Assembly: GCA_964016885.1 (NCBI GenBank)
Contig: CAXHJY010001122.1
Coordinates: forward strand, 1 to 64,000
Reading direction: 5' to 3'
DNA from: Eledone cirrhosa
Taxonomy: Eukaryota
DNA length: 64,000 nucleotides
Shown: positions 52,357 through 64,000 of the stretch, in pieces
Position numbering within the stretch: position 1 is the first letter of the stretch
Layout of the letters: the number at the start of each line of letters is the position of its first letter
The notes under the pieces: model-generated
Database searches by the model: none
The model's input: the letters and a program-made list of their open reading frames with translations, nothing else
What the model was told of the DNA's origin: nothing
Translations under genes and position numbers: made by a program

Positions 52357-55300
52357 TTTCATTTATTGGCCACAAGGGCCGACATATAGGGGACAATACA
52401 AAAGACAGGGGCAGTGGGGGTTTACATATACAACGTGTAAAAAATATAAATAACAATAACAAAATAACAATAAAAAATACAAGGAAAATTCCCCAATAGG
52501 GGGGATAACCAACCAGGGTTCACTCAGGTACCCCCACCAATCCTGAACCCAACCGAAACTTCAGGAGCACCCGGGAAGGGCACCCCTCTCCTCCTCAAAT
52601 TCACTCACCTACAGGCGCATGATCAGAGTAGGCCCACTCACACGGGCCATTCTCGCCACATTCACCCACCTTTCAGCAAATGTACTGGGGGGAAGCACTT
52701 CTCTCTCCACCCTCACCTTCCTTTCCAAGTGAAACTTGAAAAGGTTTATGAGGGATTGGCCGAAGAGAAAAGTGTCTGTCTTCAGTCCTTTCAACCTCGT
52801 CCACCATACAGCCTCTTTCGCTACAGCCACCAGACAGAGGAAAATTGCCTGCCCTTCCTGACCAAAAGAAGGCGGCGGGTCGATATTCACTATGGACTCG
52901 GCCGATAGCCGGATCTGTTCTACACGCGAGAACAGCAGTTCGACATAATTCCACAAGTCAGTAATGCACGGACACGGGACGAGTGCGTCCAGAAATATTT
53001 CGTCGCTCTGCGCACATCTTGGGCAGGTCCATCTGACAGCACTTCCGTGCCTGAAGAGTTTATCTCGAACCGGAAGTGCCCCTCGTAGCACTGCCAAGCG
53101 AGGAATTTTGGGAAGTTATCCATCATCCTCGGCTAGAAAGTCCTCCGGAACAGACTGGTTAGTTCGACTTCGTCGACGGCCAGAGTCTAATCAAGTGCGT
53201 CGTCGCACTGGCCCACCACTAATCCTCTATAGAACTCAAGAGTGGAAGTTCTTCTGACCGCATTTCCCGCCTGGTAGAGGGCAGTGAGTGCCTGGCAACA
53301 TTCCAGATGCCAGTCACCCAGTCTCGGTCTCTTCTTGACCCAGGACTGAAACTCAGTCAAAGAGACGAGCTGCGAAAAGGCCCGTCTGACAAACAGCGAC
53401 CACACCTATTCACCGTTTAGGCAGAATATCTGGAGATTCCGCAGCCTCAGCGCATGTCTGCGCATCATTTGCCACGGCATGCCCAGGCCTCCACGTAGAG
53501 GGTGCTGGCAGCAAATGGACCGCCTCACCAACGGGACTTGTCACCTCGACAAGAATTTGAAGAGGAGCCGCTCTAAGTTGGCGAGGCGCGGACGGGGGCG
53601 AGAGACGACGGTCAAGCGGCAATAGATTACGGAGGCGAGGTAAGCATTTGCCACCTCCGCCCAACCTTTTAGTGATAGCTTCCTCGTAGCCCATTTCTGG
53701 GTGAGACTGGCTACCCTGCCCGTCACCTCATCCCAATTCTTATCCATCTGGAGGTCTGGTCCGAACCGAATCCCGAGCAACTTTACCGGTCCGTCCGTCC
53801 AGCGCCCCACAAAACTGTTAGACGGCATGGACTTGCCTCTCCAGGTGCCGAGCTGCAAGCCCACCGACTTTTCCGGGTTAAGTTTCGCTCCCGTCAACTT
53901 TTCATATTCATCCAATAAGGTGCCGACCACCTCGATTTCCAAGGTGTTTGACACCATCACGGTGATGTCGTCCGCATAAGCCGACACAGACTTTCCGCAT
54001 CCCGGTTCGAGCGGGATGCCCTGCAACAGCTCCAGCTTCCGCATTAAAGGCTCGAGAGTCAATACGTACAGAAAGGAGAGAGGGCACCCTTGACGATCTC
54101 AAACGGTTCCGAGAGGTGGCCATTAACTTTGACCACCGAGCAGATGCCGCTGCGCATTGCAGCGATCCAGCTTCTGAAGACGGGGCCGAGGCCAGCTGCC
54201 TTGAGGACTGACTGCAGCTACCGATGGTCGACCCTATCGAATGCTTCCGATTGATCTAAATTGATCAGAGCCCCACCGAAGCCAGGTTTACACCCTACCC
54301 TCTCTGTAATGTTTTGCATGAGGTGGAGGTTGTCGTGTATGGACCTGGTCGGGATTGCACAAGTTTGCGCCTCCCCAACCAAATCCTCGACGACAAGCGC
54401 CAACCTCTTCGCTAACACCTTGGCCAAAATCTTAAACTCTGTGTCGAGCAGAGTTATGGGCCTGAAATTGTCTAATGTGTCCCTCTTGTTCTCGTCTTTC
54501 CTCATCAGCGTCACTGCGCCCCTGCTCACAGAACTAGGAATACTCCCGTTCTGCTGTGAGTTGCAGGAGAGCGCTTCGAGGAGATCGGAAAACAAGTCTG
54601 GCATATTTACAAGTCTGGCATATATATAAAGCTCGTAGGGCAGACCATCCAAACCGGGTGACTTGCACCTTGTGCATTCGACAAGGGCATCCTGAACATC
54701 AGCTGAATTTATCGGTCTTTCGCAGCGCTCAGCGTCGGCCGTCGAGAGTTGCGGCAGGCTATCGAGGTAGGGACTGAAGTCCGCCATCGTCTCTGACCCG
54801 CCACTTCCCCCGAACAACCAAGCAAAATGCTGGCGAAAGGCCTCACACATCCGCCTGGAATCGCTCAGCCCCTGTCCGTCGCGGTCCGTCAAAGACCGAA
54901 TTGTGGTTTTATTACCACGCTGCGGCTCTGCATTGAAGACAAGGCCTAATGCCATTCTCGCCGCTCGCACGTCAGTTGCAATGCCACTACAAATAGACTC
55001 GTCTAAATTATCTACCAGCTCCCCTTCCATTCTATTTTTCTCTAACGCTATTCTTTGCTAAACCATATCGACATTACTCTAATTTCTCTTTTGAGAACCC
55101 CCCACCATCTGTTGTTGACGACTCCCCTTGTCAACTTTTGCTTAACTAAATTATTGATCCGGTCCCTTGTAAGCCTTGCGTGCTGGAAATACATGTTCAG
55201 CGTCCAGTAACCAGGTCCTAACCTACGCGTTTTATCTAGGTCGTCCATACAGATCACAAATTTGTGATCTAAATAAGTGACCGTATGTAATTGTGGACAC

Positions 55301-55871
55301 CCTATACTATTCTTATCCACTAATCTAATTAGAAACCTATCTAAGTACGATCTAGATGTCCCTAAACGATTTGTCCAGGTCCACACTGGCGCATTAGGGA
55401 AAATCTAGTCGGTACCTGTCAGACAGTTGGAACTGGCTAATCAGGTACTTGAGGCTTTTGCACCACCACCCCGCTCCTATCGCATACTCCCACACAATCC
55501 CAGCGTGCGTCTAAGATGCCGTTCCAGTCCCCCGCTAACAGTAAAGGGCGAGACGTACCCAGAAAGGCTTCCAGATGTCTAAAGAAATCCGGCCGTCCTG
55601 CCCCGGTAGGGGCGTAGACGGCCACCAGTCTAAAGACACCACCTTCGCTATTGTTCACGTCCAGGAAGATCGACCTTACCTCGAGATCCAGGCCTTTCCT
55701 AAACAGCACTGCCACCCCGCCTCCCATTCCCGGCCGAAAAACAGATGCGAAGATCTGAGTCTTTGAATATGGGGGCTACTGCGCGCATGTCAGAAATCCT
55801 GGTCTCGCTGACGGCAATTACATCCATTCGTAGAGACCTGAGGTCGTTGAGCAGGTGACCCTGCTTCCAGG
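52357..55871 (-). mobile_element. Tx1/L1-clade LINE (E8): ORF2 and 3' UTR, degenerate
   Basis: It is a close paralog of E5 in the opposite orientation, with the ORF2 stop at 52609. Confidence 0.92.
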
Positions 55872-55946
55872 ACGGGGTCGATAAAATAAAGTACCAGTAA
55901 TGCACTGAGTAATTGCTGGTCTTGTGCCAAAAGTAGAAACAATTAT
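55872..55946 (+). mobile_element. SINE 3' fragment
   Basis: It reads ACGGGGTCGATAAAATAAAGTACCAG..GTAGAAACAATTATT. Confidence 0.85.
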
Positions 55947-56509
55947 TTCTCTTCCCGTTCTGTATAAATAAATAAATATATGTATAACAATAAATCTAAA
56001 ACAGTTATCGCCGCGTAAACAAATTATATAGTGAAATAGAACATGAGTAATCTACTGAAGTTTTGCACAAAGGATGCACACGCCGTCTCGTGACACTGAA
56101 CGCTAACGATAATTCCGTTAGCATCGTCGTGACGAACGCCACTGCGACAAAATGTTCAGCTAATGAAAAACAGCTGAGTTTTCCTCACTTTCGATTTATA
56201 ATTCAACTCGGCTTGCTATGTATTTCCTTTCTATTGCTGGACTTATCATAGTATTATCATGGCAGTCAAGTGTAACAGATGGTAAGATAATAACTCATTT
56301 GTTATCTTATTCACTTATTGAATACTTTAATTACTTGACTGTCCTCAAATGTTTTTCTCATTTTCATTAATACTGTCATGTTGTCACGTGATCCTCCAAC
56401 CTAACAGTAGCGGTCCACAATAATAATTGACGTGGAGTCAGTATGTATGTATGCGTGTGTATCTTTCTCTCTCTCTCTCTCTTTCTTTCTCTCCCTCTCT
56501 CTCTCTCTC

Positions 56510-56559
<50 letters not shown>

Positions 56560-56560
<1 letters not shown>

Positions 56561-59439
56561 TTCTTTATTAGCACAAGAAAAGGGGACAAAACAAAGACAC
56601 ATGCCGGGGATTTTACATACAATCGTGTAAAAATAAGAAACAAATAAATATAACCATCGAAATCTCCAATAGGGGGGAAGCGCCACAAATGGGTTGTTTA
56701 ATACCCCGTAGATAGAACAACCCTCAACTTCAGGAGCGTGCTGTGCAAGTCCTCCTTTCTTCCTTTTGCTCCCTTCTTCAACCTACAGGTTTATATACAG
56801 AGAAGGCCCAATCACTGTCCTCAGTCCTCTCAATCTCGTCCACCATATAACCTCTTTCACCATAGCCACTATACAGAAGAAAACCGACTCTCTTTCGTTT
56901 TTGAAAGAAGTTGGCGATTTGATCCTTACTATGGACTCGGCAGTCAACTGGATTTGTCCCATACGCGACAGCAGTTGTTCTACGTAGTTCTACAGGTCGG
57001 TTACGCCCAGGCAGTGTACAATTGCGTGCAGGACACTTTCAATTTCCTGCCCGCATCTTGGACACGTTCTCTTGGAAGGATCCCTTCCGGGGCGTCCGTG
57101 CCTGTACATCTTGTCATGAATTGGTAGAGCTCCTCGATAGCACTGCCAGGCCAGGGACCTCTGGAAGATGTCCATAGGTCCTGTGCGGAAAGTCCTACCA
57201 AACAGACTGGTGAGTTCGTCGTCTTCGACGCCTAGAGTCTCTCCGAGCACGTCGTCGCCTTTGTGACGTACTAACCCTCTATAGAATGTTGAAGTGGAGT
57301 CTCCACTGATTGCTGTGCCCGCTTGACAGAGGACTGTGAGCGCCTGAGCACATTCAATGTGCCAGGCGCCCATCTTCTTTGGTCGCCGCTTGACCCAGGA
57401 GTGCAGCTCCGTCAGCGAGACAAGTTGCAGGAAGGCCTGTCTCACAAACGGTTCCCACACCGGTTGGGGGTCGGTGAGGAATACCTGTAGATGCCGTAGC
57501 CTCAGCGCATGCTTGTGCATCATCAGCCACGGCATTACCAGCCCTCCGTTGGAAGGGTGCTGACAGCAGACGGATCTCCACACAAGTGGAGCCTGCTTCT
57601 TCCAAAGGAACAGAAATTGGAAGAGCATGCGTCCCATCTTGGTGAGGTGTTCAGGAGGACAAGGCACGACGGTCAAGCGGTAATAGATGACGGACGCTAT
57701 GAAAGTGTTCGCTACCTCCGCTCGACCTTTCAAGGATAGTTTGCACTCTGTCCATTTCTGGGTAAGCGCAAATACATTGGCCGTGACCTCGTTCCAGTTT
57801 TTCTCTACCTGGAGGTCCGGACCGAACCAGACCCCGAGAAATTTCACCGGTCCGTCCGTCCAGCGTCCAACGACGCTGTCGGACGGCATCGGTTTGCCTC
57901 TCCACGTTCCGAGTTGCAAACCGACAGACTTGTCCGGGTTCAGTTTTGCTCCTGTGAGCCTTTCGTATTCCTACAGTAAGTTGCCAATCGCCCCGATTTC
58001 CAAGGTTTCTGACACCATTACTGTCACGTTTTCGCCAGAAGCCGATGCCATTTTCCGCAGTCCCGGTTCCAACGGGATGCCCTGCAGCAGCTCCAACTTC
58101 CGGAGTAGTGGCTCTAGAGTCAGTATGTACAGAATGGAGTAGAGAGAGCATCCCTGTCGGATAGAACGCGTAATTGCGAACGGCTCCGATAGGTAGCCGT
58201 TCACCTTGACCATCGAGCAGATGTTGGTGTGCATTGCGGCGATCCAGCCTCTGAATACGGGTCCGAAACCGGCCGCCTTGAGAACCGCTTCCAAGTATCG
58301 ATGGTCGACCCTATCGAACGCCTTAGACTGATCTAAATTGATCAGAGTCCCACCGAAGCCAGGTTTACATCCCACCCTCTCTATGATGTTTCGCATGAGG
58401 GGGAGGTTGTCGTGTATGGACCTGGTCGGGATTGCACACGTTTGCGCTTTGCCTACCAGGTTCTCGAAGACAAGCACCAACCTCGTTGCCAATACCTTGG
58501 CCAAAATTTTTAACTCTGTGTTGAGCAGAGTTATGGGCCTAAAGTTGCTTAGTTCGTCCCCCTTGTTCTCGTCTTTCCTGATCAGCGTTACTACGCCCCT
58601 GCCTGCAGAACTGGGTATTCTCCCGTTCTGCTGCCAGTTGCAGTAGACGGCCTCGAGGACGCCAGAGAAGTTCGACATACTTATGTAAAACTCATAGGGT
58701 AGATCATCTAGACCAGGTGATTTGCATTTCCCGCAGCGGCCCAGAGCGTCCCGTATCGCAGTGGCTGTGATCAGTCTTTCGCAGAACTCGGCGTCCATGT
58801 CGAGAGACGCGGCAGGCCGTCGAAATATGAACCGAAGTCCATTTCCCCGTTCGACGCACCGCCACTCTGCCCGAACAGTTGCGCAAAGTGCCGCTGAAAG
58901 GCCGCGCACATCCGCTTGGTGTCAAGTAGCACGCGTGCGTTTTTGGTCTTTCAAAGACCAAATCGTAGACTTGTTGCCACTTTTTGCCTCTGTCACTCGG
59001 GCCCAGCTAACAGCTTTCGCTCCCTCGTTTCCTAGAGCACGTGATTTAATGCTGACCACGCAGCCTTCGTGATTCGCGTCGAGGAACTGGTCCAGTGCTG
59101 TTCTCATTGCTAGCACACTTGCTACGTTGCCACTACTAAGCGCCTCCTCTACCTTGGCTACTAGTTCCGTTTCTGTTTTGTTTCTCTCTAAGGCTAACTC
59201 TCTGCTAAAGTCTATCGACTCTACTCTAATTGCTTTCTTGAGGGAGTACCACCATCTGTTGTTGACGATGGCTCCCGTCAATTGTAGCTTAACTAATCTA
59301 CTTATCCGTTCACTGTAGGCTTTACGTGCCGGTAACGACACGTTCAGCTTCTAGTATCCGGGTCCTTGTCATGGTTGACTATGCAGATATCTAGTTTGTG
59401 GTCTGAATAGGCAACCATGTGCATTCGTAGACAGCTTAA

Positions 59440-59509
<70 letters not shown>

Positions 59510-61655
59510 ATGAAGAACCTGTCTAAATACGATCTAGATGTTCCGCTCTTGTTTGTCCACGTCCATTGTGGTGCAGTCGGGAAATCCAGTCGATACCTAT
59601 CGGCCAGTTGAAATTGGCTGATTAAATTTTTGAGGCTGTAGCACCCCCCTCTACATAGTCCCATCGTGCGTCTAGGATGCCATTGCATTCCCCCCACTAA
59701 AAGCAAGGAGCGAGACGATCCCAGAAAATACTCCAGTCGGGGCATAAACGGCCACCAGTCTGAAGGCTCTACCTCCAATACTGTTTACGTCTAGGACTAC
59801 CAGTCTACCCTCCGGTTCCAAGTGTACTTGCTGTACTTCGACGTCCAGGTCCTACCGAAACATGACAGCCACTCCCCCTCCACCTCCTGGCTGACAGAGA
59901 GATGTGTAGATCTCAAAGTCGTCGAAGATGGGGGTTAGTTGCTGCCTCTTGTGGATCCTGGACTCGGTGATGGCTATCACATCCATACTGTGTGACCTAA
60001 GGTCGTTTAAAAGTTGGCCCTGTTTCCAGGGCATCCCTAGGCCACGCACATTCACGCTTCCAACTCGTAAACTAGCCATGTTGGTGGAGAAGAGTTGGCG
60101 AAAAGGACGAAAATGTGTACTTACCTTTTCGTTTCCTGGAGATCGGGTTGTTTAATCTCCATCTCAGTTTCGGTGGGTGTGTTGAGTGGGGTGGGGAAAC
60201 ATTTTAATAAGACGCGGTTAATAGGTTTTTGACAGGGATTGCCAACATCCTGCGAAAACTGTTCTTTCAATTTCTGATAGGTTTCTATAGAAACCCTTAT
60301 TAGTTTTAAGTGTGGTGACGATCCTGCTTTGACGAAAGTTTTGCCCTCCGTCTCCACCTTGGGGTTTTGGGAAATGACCTCCATTAAACTCTTGTTGTTT
60401 GTGTTGATGTATGCGTATTGTTGTTTGTGTTTTTGTTGTGTTGTTTTAGTTTGTTGTTCGTCTGGGAGTTTTCTTTTTATGGTGGGTGCTTGTGTTTGGG
60501 GTGGTGTTGGTTTTGCTGGTAGGGGGATGTTTGACTGTGGTGTTGTTTATGTTGTTGTTTGTGTCTGTGGTTGTGTGTTGGTGTTGGTGATTGGAGTTTT
60601 GGGGGTTTTGTGGTGTTTCTTTTTTTGTTTTTTAGATTTCCTAGGCTCTCCTTCTTCACATACAGAAGGAGAAGCAGCCTCATATGTCGATGAATAATCA
60701 TCGTCAGGAGTGTGGGGTAGGGGTATGTTGTGTGGTGGTGGTGGTGTTTCGGTGTGTGTTTTTGTGGTAGTGTTCGATGGAGTGGGATGGGATAGGGCTG
60801 TGTTCTTCAGGAGTATTGTCTGTGTTTTTACTGTTGTTGTTGGTTGAGTGGCTGTTTGTTTTTGTGTCTTTGCTCGTTTCGTCTGTTGTTGTACTTGTGG
60901 TGGTGGTTGTTTTGGTGTTGGTGTTGGTAATAGTGTTTTTTTAATAATAGTGTTGGTGAAGGAGGCTTTTAGGTGTGCTGTACTACCACAGCGAAAGCAA
61001 TGAAATTTACGCCCCTCTACCGAAAAGTTTATTTTGTTGTTGTCGTCGATGACGACTTTTCGGGTATTTTGGAGATTCTCTCCGGCTTCATTTGCATCAG
61101 AATCTCTACATCAGTACCCGCCCACCTTTGTCTAATAGACTTTCGTATTGAAAGAATGGCATCAGTCTCTGGCTCCACGAAGCCAGCCAAGATCCACCAG
61201 ATGTTAATGTTTGGTGGTATATTTTTTTTTTTTTTGTCTCCTTTTTCCCATGTATGTATGGAAAAAGGTGAATGATTTTGAGACCATATGTGTCACAGAA
61301 TGTTTTGGGGTGAGTGCCTCGCTTTTAAACAGTATGGAAACACTTCCGTACTGTTTTCCTCGTTGGAGAAAGTCAATATTTGCTAGAGTCTCCTTCAAGG
61401 TGGCTTCTATATCTCCTTGACTAACAAATATTGGCTTTCTCGTTGTGTTGGAGACAGTGCTGAAGGTCACTGTCCTTCGAACTGTCTCTTCTTTTATTTT
61501 GAGGGGTGAGTTAATTCTAAACCCACCCGTGTCTTCGAAAGTTACAAATGTTATCCCTTCCTGGAGCATATCTCTTCCATTGGAGATGTCAAGATTTATA
61601 AAATCTTGTTTTTTGTTCACTGTTTCAGCGGAAGACATTTTTTGTGTGGTGTTGC

Positions 61656-61695
<40 letters not shown>

Positions 61696-62240
61696 ATCGT
61701 TGTTAGCCTCGGTGGTGGAAATCTCAATTTCTTGACGAGGTGAAACTTTATGTGTAGATGTATCTATGGAGTTGTTGTTGTTGCCTTTTTCATGTGTATG
61801 TATGTTAATAGGTTTAATTCCTGTGTTTTCCTGTGTGTTATTTTTTTCTCCGCTTCGACGGTAGAAATTTTAAAATTTTCAAGTGGTAATATTTTTTCTC
61901 TTTGTTGACAGTCGTATCCATGGCGACGTCCATAGTAGCAGAAGCAGATATAACGTTAATATCTGCCTCTCTATCTCTCATCTCTCTGTCGACGTTCTCT
62001 AGCGTTCTTTCCGAGCTATTGATGTTTTATAGTTGGCAAAATTTGATATTTTAAAACAAATTTTAAATTAAATTTTCGTCCCTAGAGGGGCGAAAAGTGG
62101 GATTATAACTCAGCTGATAATTCAGCTTGGGGGTTAATCTACGAAATGATATATCTTTTTAAACAATTAGTTCGGTTTTTTGTATAGAAATTAACAAAAA
62201 AGCTTACCAGCGATGTTCCACGCGTCAGGAAGATAAAGAG
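56560..62240 (-). mobile_element. Tx1/L1-clade LINE (E9), essentially full length, degenerate
   Basis: The 5' end is at (TATC)n. The ORF1 relic ends at 60121 and ORF2 spans 60079-56783 with APE, RT and Cys motifs. There is an internal (GA)n at 59443-59508. The 3' AATAAAGAAA runs into (TA)n. Confidence 0.92.
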
Positions 62241-62264
62241 ATAGATAGATAGATAGATAGATAT

Positions 62265-63070
62265 GTTTATTTATTAGCCACAGAGGCACAAAAGAAGGGG
62301 ACAAATACAAAGTGGGGAAGTTTACATACAATAAAAACGTGTAAAATACTATCACAAATGCAATTTTAAAATTAATCGATTTTCCCCAATAGGGGGAGAC
62401 ATTTCATATGGGTAACACATACCCCCGAAAAAATGTGCAACCCTCATCTCCAGGAGTACGAAGAGTTTGTACCCCTTTCCTCTCTTCCTCTTTTTCCTCA
62501 ACCTACAGGCTGATATAGAGAGAAGGCCCATTCACTCGGGCCATTCTCGCCACTTTCACCCACCTTTCATAAAACTTGCTGGGGTACAGCACCTCTCTCT
62601 CTCCATCCTGATTCTTCTTCCAAAGTGGTATTTGAAAAAAAGAATCAGTTGTTGGCCGGAGAGAAAGGTGTCTGACCTCAGCCCTTTTAACCTTGTCCAC
62701 CATACAACCTCTTTCGCCATAACTATCACACAAAGGAAAACCGCCTATCCTTCGTTTTTGAAGGAGAGTGGCTGTTTGATCATGATAATGGACTCGGTGG
62801 TCAACCGGATTGGTCCCACCCGCGACAATAGTCGTTCTACATAGCCCCACAGGTCGGTGACGCCCGGGCAGTGTATGAATGCGTGCGCGACGGTTTCTTC
62901 GTCTCGCACGCACCTCGGACAGATCTTTTTTGCAGGGTCCCTGCCCGGGCGAAATGAGTTGACCCACCACCTGAAGGTCAAGCTACACAATAATATAAAA
63001 ATGTAACCAAAATTTACGGTTTTTCCACCATAAATTTACAAAACATCGGAGCGAAGTAAACAACGTCTAA

Positions 63071-63071
<1 letters not shown>
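62265..63071 (-). mobile_element. Internally deleted Tx1-like LINE (E10): about 120 bp of 5' UTR fused to about 690 bp of 3' end
   Basis: 62952-63071 resembles the E2 5' UTR (TTGACCCAC..GGTCAAGCTA), and 62265-62952 matches 63160-63835. (GATA)n flanks both sides. Confidence 0.75.

Positions 63072-63160
<89 letters not shown>
63072..63160. repeat. (GATA)n microsatellite between tandem LINEs
   Basis: Directly visible in the sequence. Confidence 0.97.
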
Positions 63161-64000
63161 TTCTTTATTAGCCACAGGGGCACAAAAGAAGGGGACAAAT
63201 ACAAAGGGGGAAGTTTACATAAAACGTGTAAAATGTTATCACAAATGGGATTTAAAAAGTTAGTCGATTTTCCCCAATAGAGGGAGACAGTTTATATGGG
63301 TAACACATACCCCCGAAAAAATGTGCAACCCTCATCTCCAGGAGTACGAAGAGTTTGTACTCCTTTCCTCTCCTCCTCCTTTTTCTCAACCTACAGGCTG
63401 ATATAGAGAGAAGGCCCATTCACTCGGGCCATTCTCGAAACTTTCACCCACCTTTCATAAAACTTGCTGGGGTACAGCACCTCTCTCTCCATCCTGATTC
63501 TTCTTCCAAAGTGGTATTTGAAAAAAAGAATCAGTTGTTGGCCGGAGAGAAAGGTGTCTGACCTCAGCCCTTTCAACCTTGTCCACCATACAACCTCTTT
63601 CGCCATAGCTATCACACAAAGGAAAACCGCCTCTCCTTCGTTTTTGAAGGAGGGTGGCGGTTTGATCATGACAATGGACTCGGTGGTCAACTAGATGGGT
63701 CCCACCCGCGACAATAGTCGTTCTACATAGCCCCACAGGTCAGTGACGCCCGGGCAGTGTATGAATGCGTGCGCGACGGTTTCTTCGTCTCGCACGCACC
63801 TCGGACAGATCTTTTTTGCAGGGTCCCTGCCGGGCGCTCATGTCTGTAGAGCTTGTCTCGAACTGGTAGAGCTCCTCGGTAGCACTGCCAGGCCAGGGAC
63901 TTTTGGAAGTTGTCCATCGGTCCCGGGCGGAAGGTCCTACCGAACAGACTGGCCAGTTCGACGACAAGCGCCAGCCTCTTTGCCAACACCTTGGCCAAAA
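63161..64000 (-). mobile_element. Tx1/L1-clade LINE (E11) 3' part with an internal deletion at about 63960; continues beyond the window
   Basis: LAKVLAKRLALVVE is joined directly to LASLFGRTFRPGPMDNFQKSLAW. The ORF2 stop is at 63391. Confidence 0.88.

Overview
This is animal DNA made almost entirely of decayed, nested transposable elements and microsatellites. The SINE family suggests an octopod cephalopod, which is inferred from memory and not from a search. No intact cellular gene is evident; the only host-gene-like piece is one frameshifted EGF-like exon at 28162-28292. The contents are: a head-to-tail Helitron array (about 0.3-10 kb, minus strand); about 11 copies or fragments of Tx1/L1-clade LINEs, many joined through (TATC)n or (TTA)n tracts; several Penelope-like fragments; two hAT transposase relics; three RTE-clade LINE relics; one R4/Dong-like RLE retrotransposon; about 9 tRNA-derived SINE copies; and a TIR-bounded element with GC-rich cargo. 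Two signals stand out. First, a covarying RNA pseudoknot occurs twice in Penelope-associated repeats and holds the hammerhead core nucleotides in a non-circularly permuted order; a conventional U3-A8 hammerhead lies nearby. Second, splice signals are conserved in position across diverged Tx1-like LINEs: a donor about 33 nt from the 5' end, a donor at the ORF1 end, and CTGTAG at the ORF2 stop, which suggests splicing-controlled ORF1/ORF2 expression. All of this was read by eye, so element boundaries are approximate and all functional claims are untested.
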